Below are positions 16,804-25,512 of a stretch of DNA of 32,000 nucleotides, one piece after another. Position 1 is the stretch's first letter. Every line of letters begins with the position of its first letter. The notes under the pieces are model-generated. The model was not told the origin of the DNA. It made no database searches and worked only from the letters and a program-made list of their open reading frames with translations. The translations under genes and the position numbers were made by a program. The DNA is from Nitrosospira multiformis ATCC 25196 (GTDB lineage: Bacteria > Pseudomonadota > Gammaproteobacteria > Burkholderiales > Nitrosomonadaceae): the NCBI RefSeq assembly GCF_000196355.1, contig NC_007614.1, forward strand, positions 1,830,001-1,862,000. The letters run 5' to 3'.

Positions 16804-16970
16804 CAACTCCCAGCCGGCGGACAACCGCTGGCGTGCGGCAGCCAGGTGTGCGGGATTCCGCGGATAAGAAGAATCCGGCTTCAGGAAAAAGACGTTTGCC
16901 TGGCAACGGGTTAAGAGGTATAACACTTTCAATCCATCTCACTGCCATGCATATGTGTATTCAAAGAATT

Positions 16971-17834
16971 ATGCAATATCTCTTGCTAGTCGCAGGTTTT
17001 CTTGCGCTTTCCTTCCCTGTTGCATCGTTTGCGGCAAATCCCGATAAGGTGGAGTTCAAAAAAGAAGGCAAAGTCGTCAAGACTATGTCCGTGGATGATC
17101 TTCGCGCTCTCGCCCCCGAGCGGTCGCTCGAGGTGTTCGAGCCGCATGAGCGACGAAACTGGGTCTATCGAGTACTTCCGGCAAGGGCGGTATTCGATAA
17201 GGTATTTGGAAAGGATTGGGAAAAAGCGCGGGAAATTATCTTTACTGCTCTCGACGGATTCAAACCAAGTGTGCCGGTAAAAAAATTCCTCCGTCATGAA
17301 GGCTACTTTGCCTTTGCCAACGGGGATGGGGGATTATTCACGTTGACCAACAAGTTGCAGAACAACGAGGTCGCGACGCTCGGCCCGCTCTACCTGGTTT
17401 GGGATAATATCGGCTCAAAGGAGTTGCTCGAGACCTGGATATCTGATATGCCCTACCAGATCAAGACTATCGACCTCAAAATGAAAGAGCCGTTTCCGAA
17501 CATGCTTCCATCGGCCGCATCTTCGGAACAAGCGCGGCGGGGATTTGATCATTTCCGCACACATTGCGTGGCATGCCACACGATAAATGGGGATGGGGGT
17601 GGGAAGGCGCCGGAACTCAACTATCCGGAAAGTGTAGTGGAGTACATCAAGCCCGAATACCTCAAGCGCTGGATATTGGCTCCCCAGACCATTCGATATA
17701 ACACGCCCATGCCCGCGCTTGCGGAAGAAATTTCCAACAGGGAAAAGGTTGCGACTGAGATCATTGCCTACCTCAAGGCCATGGGAGACGCAAAACGGGC
17801 TCCGCCAGAGAATCCAGAGGACACTTCCAGGTGA
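16971..17834 (+). CDS. Secreted monoheme cytochrome c fused to an N-terminal domain resembling the sulfite-oxidase-family (molybdopterin-oxidoreductase-like) fold
   Basis: Signal peptide MQYLLLVAGFLALSFPVASFA; alternative ATGs at 16947 and 16953. C-terminal CVACH heme-binding motif with a distal Met candidate (NTPMPA). The N-terminal approx. 200 aa follow the pattern ...MSVDDLRALAP...VLPARAVFDKV...IIFTALDGFKPSVP...LGPLYLVWDN...PYQIKTIDL. It follows the MCO gene after a 167-nt gap on the same strand. Confidence 0.8.
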   Translation: MQYLLLVAGFLALSFPVASFAANPDKVEFKKEGKVVKTMSVDDLRALAPERSLEVFEPHERRNWVYRVLPARAVFDKVFGKDWEKAREIIFTALDGFKPSVPVKKFLRHEGYFAFANGDGGLFTLTNKLQNNEVATLGPLYLVWDNIGSKELLETWISDMPYQIKTIDLKMKEPFPNMLPSAASSEQARRGFDHFRTHCVACHTINGDGGGKAPELNYPESVVEYIKPEYLKRWILAPQTIRYNTPMPALAEEISNREKVATEIIAYLKAMGDAKRAPPENPEDTSR

Positions 17835-17852
17835 CAGGGTAGAATGTCCCTG
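17835..17852 (+). terminator. Weak terminator candidate after the cytochrome c gene
   Basis: CAGGG-TAGAATGT-CCCTG followed by T-rich TGTTGTTATCCTTGTTTG, starting 1 nt after the stop codon. Confidence 0.35.
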
Positions 17853-17970
17853 TGTTGTTATCCTTGTTTGATCGGGGCTAACGGGCTATTGGACTCCAAT
17901 ACATTAACCAGTAGGTAGTCATTAGAACTGCTTCCTGGTGTTTGGAAGTTTCATTGTTTGATTCATAGAC

Positions 17971-18633
17971 TCATTCTTTTGCCTCGGTTTGCAGGACTAT
18001 CCCCTGCTGTACTGTCCAATCGACGATCTCCGCAGCGAATCTGTCCGCCGCAACCCCAAAAGCCGTGATGATTCCTGATGTCCCCCGGCTCTGCACGGGT
18101 TCGCCGACTTCAAAGCGGCGCACTGCTACGATGCGGTTGCGCAGCGGCTGCGACAGAGTGGCATAAAAATATATGGTGGCCTGCGGTCCATCATTTGTAT
18201 ACTCAACCTGGAACGCACTCAGGTCACCGCCAAGCTCCAGATTGGCAATAAGATTATTGTTGTTGCCGTTAATGATGGAATTGAACCTGCCATCTGCCCG
18301 GAAAGCCCCAGCCAGTCGGTTGCGAAGCAGAACCGGCACGGGGTCGCTCCAGCGGATGCCCTTGTAAGAACTGAGTTGGCTACCCTGGCGCAGCGCCAGT
18401 ACCCGTGGACTATCCGTGATGTAGTTGCTGTGGGGCGTTGCAAGGCGCAGCGTCCAGGGCAAGGGACTACCGGAGGAACGGGGAGCAAACTCGGCAGCAG
18501 GCAATTGATAAATTTCCAGATTTTCGGTTGCAGGCAATATCGAGCATGAGGATACCAAGAGAAGCATGGCCGCTATCCCGGAACGGCCGGGCAGTCGCGG
18601 ATGGAAATGGCTTGCGCCAGGAATTGGGTTCAT
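17971..18633 (-). CDS. PqiC-like ABC-transport auxiliary lipoprotein (DUF330-type)
   Basis: 220 aa with lipobox LLLVSSCS. Its ATG overlaps the MCE gene stop (ATGA at 18630-18633). It is the last gene of the Mla/Pqi-like operon. Confidence 0.8.
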   Translation of the reverse strand: MNPIPGASHFHPRLPGRSGIAAMLLLVSSCSILPATENLEIYQLPAAEFAPRSSGSPLPWTLRLATPHSNYITDSPRVLALRQGSQLSSYKGIRWSDPVPVLLRNRLAGAFRADGRFNSIINGNNNNLIANLELGGDLSAFQVEYTNDGPQATIYFYATLSQPLRNRIVAVRRFEVGEPVQSRGTSGIITAFGVAADRFAAEIVDWTVQQGIVLQTEAKE

Positions 18634-19571
18634 GGTTCAAGCTCCTCGATTTTTTCCCGCCCCGTAAGGTAGGCAGCAGGATTCTCATCGAGACGACGTA
18701 CGGTTCTTGCCAGTGCAGACATGGTATTGCGTAGTTCCTGGAGGGCAGGTCCCAGTTCGTTCATGCCCTGCATGCCCCCGCTCAACGCGGCCCGATTCTC
18801 CAGCAGCAACTGATCGACCGACGCGCTGACTTTCGCCAGGGAAGCTGTGGCGCGATCGAGGTTGCCAAGAGTTGGAACGCCCTTCTCGCTCACGAGCGTA
18901 TTCGTTGCCGCCATCAGTTGCGTAGCCTCCCGCAATGCGGAGTTCGCCTGTGCGCTGGCAGTGGCCAGTTCACCCACGATTCCCCGCACGCTATCGTTCT
19001 GGCTGGCGATCACTGCAGTAGTCTGCTCTAGGTTCTCCAGCGTCCTGCTCAGCCGCTTGGCATTTTCTTGAGAAAGGATCTCCTTGGCCCGCATCACCAG
19101 CTGGGTGACATCGGCCATCATGTTGTCGCTGTGCTCCAGCAGCTTGGCGATGGGCGATGGGGTGGCCACGATGACCGGGTCCTTGTGGTCATCCTTTGCC
19201 ACGAGGTCGGGGCTGTCGGGAGACCCGCCGCTGAATTCGATCACCGAATTGCCGGTGATGCCTGTCAGTGCGAGTCGTGCCTGGGTATCCTCCTTGATCG
19301 GCGTGCTGCCCTGCACGCGCACCCGCGCGATCACGTTGCGGGGATCCTGCGGATCCAGCGCGAGATTGACCACGTCACCGACCGTGATGCCGCTGTACTG
19401 AACGGGGCTACCTATGGAGAGCCCCCTGACTGCTTCATTGAAGACCACAGTGTAGTAGCGCTGCACGGAGTCGCCCGGAGCCTTGCTCAGCCACAGAGTG
19501 AACAGCAGTGCAGCCGTTACCGTCATAACGGTAAAGAATCCGATCAGTACATGGTGCGCACGCGGTTCCAT
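18630..19571 (-). CDS. MCE/MlaD-family substrate-binding protein
   Basis: 313 aa. N-terminal anchor HHVLIGFFTVMTVTAALLFTLWL, then an MCE domain (YYTVVFNEAVRGLSIGSPVQYSGITVGDVVNLALD...) and a long helical C-terminus. RBS AAGGAGA sits inside the end of the upstream gene. Confidence 0.9.
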   Translation of the reverse strand: MEPRAHHVLIGFFTVMTVTAALLFTLWLSKAPGDSVQRYYTVVFNEAVRGLSIGSPVQYSGITVGDVVNLALDPQDPRNVIARVRVQGSTPIKEDTQARLALTGITGNSVIEFSGGSPDSPDLVAKDDHKDPVIVATPSPIAKLLEHSDNMMADVTQLVMRAKEILSQENAKRLSRTLENLEQTTAVIASQNDSVRGIVGELATASAQANSALREATQLMAATNTLVSEKGVPTLGNLDRATASLAKVSASVDQLLLENRAALSGGMQGMNELGPALQELRNTMSALARTVRRLDENPAAYLTGREKIEELEP

Positions 19572-19574
19572 CAG

Positions 19575-20462
19575 TTATCTCCTTATCTCTTTAGCCCCGC
19601 CCATCGTACCGCCCATCTCCGCCGCATGACTGGCGGCGCGTCCGCGCGGTCCGTGAAAATACTCCTGCACCCATTCGTCCTCGACGGCTTCGACCGTTTC
19701 GAGCGGGCCTGCCGCGAGAACGCGTTTCTGCGACAACACTGCAACGCGGTCGCAGATCGTATAGAGCGTATCGAGGTCGTGGGTCACAATAAAAACCGTG
19801 AGGCCCAGCGCATCGCGCAAGGTGAGGATTAGCTCATCGAATTCCGCCGCCCCGATAGGATCCAGCCCTGCCGTGGGTTCGTCGAGAAAAAGGATGTCGG
19901 GGTCCAGCGCCAGCGCGCGCGCCAATCCCGCCCGCTTGATCATGCCGCCCGATAGGGAGGACGGATATTTTGCGGCTGCATTCGCCGGCAGGCCGGCGAG
20001 TGCCAGCTTCACGATCGCCAGGTGCTCTGCATCGGCCCGGGTGAGGCCGGCATTTTCGATGAGTGGGAGCGCGATGTTTTCCACGACGGTCAAAGAGGAA
20101 AACAACGCCCCACGCTGGAACAGCACCCCGAAGCGCTGCTCCAGTGGCGCACGCCGCTCGGGCGCGAGCTGGAGCAGATCCGTGCCGAGAATACGCACGC
20201 TGCCCGCAGCGGGAGTTTGCAGACCCACGATGGAGCGCAACAGGACCGATTTGCCCGAGCCCGATCCACCGATGACGCCGAGGATCTCGCCGCGATGGAC
20301 GTCGAGGTCCAGCTTGTCGTGCACAAGTTGCCTGCCAAAACGGTTAGTCAGGCCCCGTACCTGGATGATCGCTCCACCGCTCTGCGCCGAGGAACCCGTT
20401 GCCTGGCTGTCAGGGCTCGTCCGGGCGGCTTTCTGCGGAAACAGCGCCTCGTCCGTTACCAT
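19575..20462 (-). CDS. ABC transporter ATP-binding protein (MlaF-like)
   Basis: 295 aa from ATG 20462 (MVTDEALF...), overlapping the permease stop by 7 nt. Walker A GGSGSGKS, signature LSGGMIKRAGLARAL, Walker B ILFLDEPTAGLD. The longer 382-aa ORF-track version runs into the permease gene. Confidence 0.9.
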   Translation of the reverse strand: MVTDEALFPQKAARTSPDSQATGSSAQSGGAIIQVRGLTNRFGRQLVHDKLDLDVHRGEILGVIGGSGSGKSVLLRSIVGLQTPAAGSVRILGTDLLQLAPERRAPLEQRFGVLFQRGALFSSLTVVENIALPLIENAGLTRADAEHLAIVKLALAGLPANAAAKYPSSLSGGMIKRAGLARALALDPDILFLDEPTAGLDPIGAAEFDELILTLRDALGLTVFIVTHDLDTLYTICDRVAVLSQKRVLAAGPLETVEAVEDEWVQEYFHGPRGRAASHAAEMGGTMGGAKEIRR

Positions 20463-21610
20463 CCCATCTCCATGAAAAACAGGGCCGCCATTGCGTCCAG
20501 AAAAATGACGACGAATATGGAATGTACCACACTGGCTGTCGTGTGCTGTCCCACGGATAGTGCGCTGCCGCTGACCTTGAGTCCTTCGAGGCAGCCTATG
20601 ACTCCGATCACGAAGGCGAATACGGGCGCCTTGGACATGCCCACCAGAAAATGCCGCAGCTCGATCTGATCCTGAAAAATGGTGAGGAACATTGCCAGTG
20701 AAATATCCAGTTGCAGAGCGCACACGAGCGCACCCCCCAGGATTCCCGAAATCATCCCCACGAAAGTGAGGATAGGCAGGGATACGAACAATGCCAGCAC
20801 GCGCGGCAGCACCAGCAGGTTGACGGGGTTCAGGCCCAGGACGCGGGTTGCGTCGATCTCCTCGTTGATCTTCATGGAACCGAGCTGAGCGGTGAACGTG
20901 CTCGCTGTGCGGCCAGCCATGAGGATGGCGGTAAGCAGGACGCCCAGCTCCCGCAGGAAGGCGAACGTCACGAGATTGACGGTGTAGATGCTTGCCCCGA
21001 AATTGGCCAGCACGGTTGCCCCCAGAAAGGCGATTACGGCGCCCACCATGAAATTGAGCAGAGCGATGATGGGTACCGCATTTAGGCCGGTTTCGTGGAT
21101 TTGCGCCACGATCGATGTGAGGCGCCAGCGTTTCGGATGCAGCAGGCCGCGGGCCAGCGCATCGAGTGTGAAACCCATGAAGCCGAGCAAGGCCAGGATT
21201 TGCTGCCGGAAGATTTCCAGCGCAACTCCGGCGTGACCGAATATTTCGATAAAGGCACCCCGCTGCCGCCTTTGGGATACCTTCCCGGCAGCCTCCATCG
21301 CCTTGGCCACCATCAGCAGCAGCGCGCTCCGTTCGCGGCTCAGCGCATCGGAAGCGGCAAGCTCTCCGGCAAGTTCTGCGCCGAGCAGTTCGTAAAGGCG
21401 CGCGGCTCCCGCGGTATCCAGCGCCGCAAGCCCGCCCAGATCTACGTTGCGCCCTGCTGCGGCGAGACCTCGTGAGCGATGCCGGAGCAAGGCGATCTGC
21501 TCGCCCAGCGCGGCATAGTTTTCGAGCGTCCAGTTGCCACGCACATTCAGCCGTGGGGGATTTTCAGAAGCGTCCCAGAGCAGGAGTTCCGAATCGACGC
21601 CAGATATCAT
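20456..21610 (-). CDS. MlaE-family ABC permease with an N-terminal STAS-like extension
   Basis: The first ATG is at 21610 (MISGVDSELLLWDASENPPRLNVRGNWTLENYAALGEQ...); the ORF-track start at 21658 is TTG. About 130 aa of soluble N-terminus precede the multi-pass MlaE core (...NAVPIIALLNFMVGAVIAFLGATVL...LTAILMAGRTASTFTAQLGSMKINEEIDA...). The exact start is uncertain. Confidence 0.8.
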   Translation of the reverse strand: MISGVDSELLLWDASENPPRLNVRGNWTLENYAALGEQIALLRHRSRGLAAAGRNVDLGGLAALDTAGAARLYELLGAELAGELAASDALSRERSALLLMVAKAMEAAGKVSQRRQRGAFIEIFGHAGVALEIFRQQILALLGFMGFTLDALARGLLHPKRWRLTSIVAQIHETGLNAVPIIALLNFMVGAVIAFLGATVLANFGASIYTVNLVTFAFLRELGVLLTAILMAGRTASTFTAQLGSMKINEEIDATRVLGLNPVNLLVLPRVLALFVSLPILTFVGMISGILGGALVCALQLDISLAMFLTIFQDQIELRHFLVGMSKAPVFAFVIGVIGCLEGLKVSGSALSVGQHTTASVVHSIFVVIFLDAMAALFFMEMGW

Positions 21611-21933
21611 GGAGTTGCAATTTTTTTGCGTGAAAGTGGCGCTATCGCGGGATATCAATCAGGAGGCCGCAGCGCAACAACCAACGGATCAACCCACTCC
21701 TCTGTTTCAAGTGAACCGGAATCAGGCATATCTCCCATGATATAAGGGTGCCCGCTGGCATCACGCAAAAACAGGAACCAACAAAGTGGATGGGATTGTC
21801 ATGGCTCGGCAACTGATTGAAACGCTAGTCGTTTATATCGTTACTGTCAAGTCAGTCATATTGCCTGGCTGCAATAGGTAAGTGATTCGGTCGCTGATTC
21901 GGATTATTTTTCTCCTTTAGCCAAAGCGGTCCG

Positions 21934-24498
21934 TTACTGTCCATTTCGTTCAAGCAACGTCACCCCGCCACTCATGCCATCGACTTCCACCATATCCCCA
22001 TCCTTCAGTTCGGCCAACACCCCCGTCAGGTTAACGACCGCAGGAATAGCAAACTCACGGGCAACGATGGCCCCGTGGGAGAGATAACCGCCCGTCTCTA
22101 CAACCAATCCTGCTGCCCTGAGGAAAAGAGGCGTCCAGCCGGGATCGGTGGAGGGAGCAACCAGAATATCGCCCTTCTGCAATTTGTAGCCGTCGGATGG
22201 GTGGAGCAAAAGGCGAACTTTACCTCTCGCCAAGCCTGTGCCGGTCGGTATGCCCTGGTAGCGGCGTGAGTTATTTGAGGCTGTGACTGAGGCTGCGGCG
22301 GACTCATTTGCCTGCCAACCCTGCCGTGAATGCCTCGATGCCTCGACCAGAACATCCGGTGCCGTTTCCTGCGACCATTGTTCGAAAAGCCTCTTCCGCT
22401 CGCTCACGCGAGCCTTTACTCCAGTCTCGGGGATATCTCCATCCAGCACACGCAATATCTCGGAGAGCATGAGTTGAAAAATATCCGCTTCCCGCACCAG
22501 CACTCCCTGTTCAACCAGATAGCAACCGGCTGCGAGCAGCAGACGGCGCCCGGGCTCCATCAGTGCAGTCAGGGCGCTGCGTGCGGCTTCACGCTGGTTG
22601 CATTCCTGCGTCGCTGCCTTTGCCAATTTCAGGATAAATGCGCGTTTCCAGAACGGTACACCGGATCGGATACGTACCAGCGCTTCAGTCACCGCCGCTT
22701 TCTGACGAGCCTGCAACGCCGCCTCATCCACTTCGGCCAGTTGCCCCAGTTGCGATAGTAAATATTCCGGCGCCTCCCGCCATCTCGGATTCCGGAAATA
22801 ACTTTCATACAATCCCCGATGCCCGTAACGCTCAAGAAACTCATTGAAGGCATCCTGAAACCTGGGATTTTCTGAATGCCCATGATCACTGGAAGCTTCC
22901 ACTCTTTCCTGCCGAATGCTTTCCCCCCACAAACGCGCCAGCGCCATCAATTCATATGACTGGCGTGCGGTAACGCTCGGCTCTCCACCGGCGAGCAAGG
23001 CGGTAGCCAATGCATATCCTTCACCCGGAAAGCACTTATCCAGCTGGTCGACGAGCATTGCCAAGCTTCCGCCCCCTGAGCCCTGCAAGAAAAACAAATC
23101 GGCTGCGCTGCGGGCGACGTGAAAATGACGGAGAATTTCGGCTCGCAACCCTGCCACATCCTCAGGAAGCGGCTGCTTGCGCCACTGAACCGCCTCGGCC
23201 ATGGCGCGCTCCATGGCGCACTGGCCCCGGCGGCGCTGGGCTGGAGAGCGTAGCATATAACGGACGACCCTTCGCAAGCGCGCAAAACCATCGACAGGAC
23301 TTGCGCTCGGCAGCGTAATTTCCGGCTGCCTGCCGCCAATCAGCGAATTCGTCAGCTGGGGAATCACTCCTAATGCATCGAAAACTTCCCACTGCAACAA
23401 GGAAAGCTGTAAATAAAGCCGGCCATGAAACAGTCCCGCACGCTGCAATCCTGGCAGCAATGGATAACCCGCCAGAATGTAGCCCTGGGTGAGCAGTTCG
23501 TTAACGAGTTTGCGCGCATTGCACCAATCAATCGGTGACAGCGGCTCGGGAACTACTTCGCAGGTGTTGCCACGTGTCCAGTAGGCGGGTTGCGTTTGCA
23601 ATGCGGGATAGGTGTAACGGGGTCGGGCAGTGACTGGCCGAGCCTGGGTCAACCAGAACTGTTCACCGTCCCATACCCATTCCAGATCGTAGAATGGATG
23701 GGTGAAGTCCAGGGCCACCGCCGCGTCGCGCAACAGTTCAGCCAGGGCCAGCGCCTGAGCGGCCGAAAGAACGGATCCCGTTGCTTCGACTGCGGATGTC
23801 GGAACCATTGCTGTTCCGCCTTCCGGTCGAGCGACTGCCTTGGTCGCCTTACTGCCGATCTGCTCGTGCAGTAATATCCAGTGATCATCGAGCAAATCTT
23901 CACCAAAAACATATTCATCGCCCGTTGCCTGTCCCCCGACCAGCGATTCGCCCAACCCCCATTGCGCGTGGATGACGAGCCTATCGTCACGGCCGGTAAT
24001 CGGGTCGCAGGTGAAGGCGATGCCGGAAGCAACGGCAGGCAGCAGCGGCATGACGACTACTGCCATGCCTGGCATGGATGCGCCCGGGTTCAATCTTTGA
24101 CGATAAGCGATAGCGGTGGGAGAAGATAACGAGGCCCACACTTCCCGGACCGCGAGCTGTACCTGTTCGATACCGCATACATTCAGGCAAGTACGGTAAA
24201 TACCTGCGAACGAGGCCGTGGCTGAGTCTTCACCGGCAGCCGAAGAGCGTACTGCCAGCGGCCGATTCAACCACCCGCGGGTGGCAAGAGCCTTTTGCAA
24301 TGCTGCCGACAATTCGAGCGGGATCGCTGGAGGGACCGCCTCATCGTCATGCAAGCGTCCCCATCCCGCCGGGATAACCAGTCCTTCCGGCACCGGCAGA
24401 CCCAATTGCTTCAATCGCGCCAGATGCCATGCTTTGCCGCCTACGGTCGCTGCATCCGCAGCCAGAACACTTTCCCAGTCCAGAATTTCCAATTGCAT
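21934..24498 (-). CDS. PEP-utilising enzyme family protein with rifampicin-phosphotransferase-like architecture (N-terminal ATP-grasp/PPDK_N, C-terminal swivel His domain)
   Basis: 854 aa from ATG 24498 (MQLEILDWESVLAADAATVGGKAWHLARLKQLGLPVPEG...). C-terminus is ...GDILVAPSTDPGWTPLFLRAAGLVVETGGYLSHGAIVAREFAIPAVVN, containing the phospho-His motif. There is no C-terminal PEP/pyruvate TIM-barrel domain as in PpsA. Confidence 0.85.
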   Translation of the reverse strand: MQLEILDWESVLAADAATVGGKAWHLARLKQLGLPVPEGLVIPAGWGRLHDDEAVPPAIPLELSAALQKALATRGWLNRPLAVRSSAAGEDSATASFAGIYRTCLNVCGIEQVQLAVREVWASLSSPTAIAYRQRLNPGASMPGMAVVVMPLLPAVASGIAFTCDPITGRDDRLVIHAQWGLGESLVGGQATGDEYVFGEDLLDDHWILLHEQIGSKATKAVARPEGGTAMVPTSAVEATGSVLSAAQALALAELLRDAAVALDFTHPFYDLEWVWDGEQFWLTQARPVTARPRYTYPALQTQPAYWTRGNTCEVVPEPLSPIDWCNARKLVNELLTQGYILAGYPLLPGLQRAGLFHGRLYLQLSLLQWEVFDALGVIPQLTNSLIGGRQPEITLPSASPVDGFARLRRVVRYMLRSPAQRRRGQCAMERAMAEAVQWRKQPLPEDVAGLRAEILRHFHVARSAADLFFLQGSGGGSLAMLVDQLDKCFPGEGYALATALLAGGEPSVTARQSYELMALARLWGESIRQERVEASSDHGHSENPRFQDAFNEFLERYGHRGLYESYFRNPRWREAPEYLLSQLGQLAEVDEAALQARQKAAVTEALVRIRSGVPFWKRAFILKLAKAATQECNQREAARSALTALMEPGRRLLLAAGCYLVEQGVLVREADIFQLMLSEILRVLDGDIPETGVKARVSERKRLFEQWSQETAPDVLVEASRHSRQGWQANESAAASVTASNNSRRYQGIPTGTGLARGKVRLLLHPSDGYKLQKGDILVAPSTDPGWTPLFLRAAGLVVETGGYLSHGAIVAREFAIPAVVNLTGVLAELKDGDMVEVDGMSGGVTLLERNGQ

Positions 24499-24843
24499 GA
24501 TTTGTGTGATTACGGGCGCTTCTCCCGTCCCTCTGGGTGAAAACGCCCCCTCAGCCGGATTTAACACAACCTTCGCCGCTGACAGATCTCACCATTGCGA
24601 CGACCACAAACTCGATTATTTCCACGTCAGGCGGGGGCAGTCGAAGTATTCCCCCACTGATGCATCGCACCGCTTCAAACGGACATCGGTTCATGTATGT
24701 TTCCAGTTCGTCCGACCTTTTGTTGCTTACGGTACCCAGGCACCAATTCGACAAATGGTTGCTTGTAATACCCGCGATCAAACGGAATAGCGATGAAATA
24801 TCCCTGGTTAGCCTCCGATCGAACGCGGCGCTGCGCGGGGAAG

Positions 24844-25290
24844 CTAGCGGTCCGCCTGCGCCTGTTGGACCAGTTCCGTGAGCTGGTCCAGGAGTGCTCT
24901 CTTCTGATTTCCCAGTTCGGAATAGCGTGCATAGAACTGGTTCAAGTCGCGGGTGTATTGCTGGATGCGTTCCGTGCGCTCGCGCTGCAACCTGATATTG
25001 TCATCATAATTTGTCGGCGGCGCATCCTTCACCCCACCCATTGTCAGGTACCCTTGCACGGTGAGTGGTTGGCTATCCTGTATTTCGTTGCGCCGCAATT
25101 CCTGAATCATCTGGAATTGCTGGTAAACAGTCTGTTGTTCCTGGCTCAGGTGATTCAAAGCCATCTCAAGCTCTGCCACTCTGGGATCGGGCTTAATATC
25201 CGATTTCCCGGGAACACCCGGCACAGCCTGCGCGTGCACCAAGTCTGTCGCTCCTGAAAAAAGCAGCAGTGCAAGAATGACAGGTTTCAT
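24844..25290 (-). CDS. Secreted coiled-coil protein, function unknown
   Basis: ATG 25290 gives signal peptide MKPVILALLLFSGATDLVHA/QA. The mature part is rich in Q/E/R heptad-like sequence (ELEMALNHLSQEQQTVYQQFQMIQELRRNE...). The upstream 30 codons in the ORF track lack signal-peptide logic. Confidence 0.6.
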   Translation of the reverse strand: MKPVILALLLFSGATDLVHAQAVPGVPGKSDIKPDPRVAELEMALNHLSQEQQTVYQQFQMIQELRRNEIQDSQPLTVQGYLTMGGVKDAPPTNYDDNIRLQRERTERIQQYTRDLNQFYARYSELGNQKRALLDQLTELVQQAQADR

Positions 25291-25512
25291 GTTGCAGGAT
25301 AATCCCGTATGAATATCAGGAGTCAGAGAGCGCATCTTACGACCCTCTTTCGGCATTTTGCTCAACCGACGGCATTCCATGCCGCCGCACGCTTAGCTGG
25401 TAACCATTGTGTTTAAATTAAGAAGGGAAAGGCTATCAGCAACGATTTCGGCTTCCTTCTTCAAAGATAGCATGGATATAGAACGTGGATTGGCTTCGAG
25501 GAGAATTATGAC

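Noticed and set aside
16629-16970. N-terminal 114-codon extension of the cytochrome c ORF
   Set aside because: It overlaps the 3' end of the MCO gene in another frame and is Arg/Pro/Thr-rich. A proper signal peptide begins only at the internal Met codons (16947-16971).
19068-20669. Plus-strand ORFs 19068..19832, 19798..20475 and 20022..20669, and the 382-aa long form of the ATPase ORF (to 20723)
   Set aside because: The plus-strand ORFs are antisense to the MCE and ABC ATPase genes. The long ATPase form would overlap 260 nt of the permease gene, whereas ATG 20462 gives a normal coupled junction.
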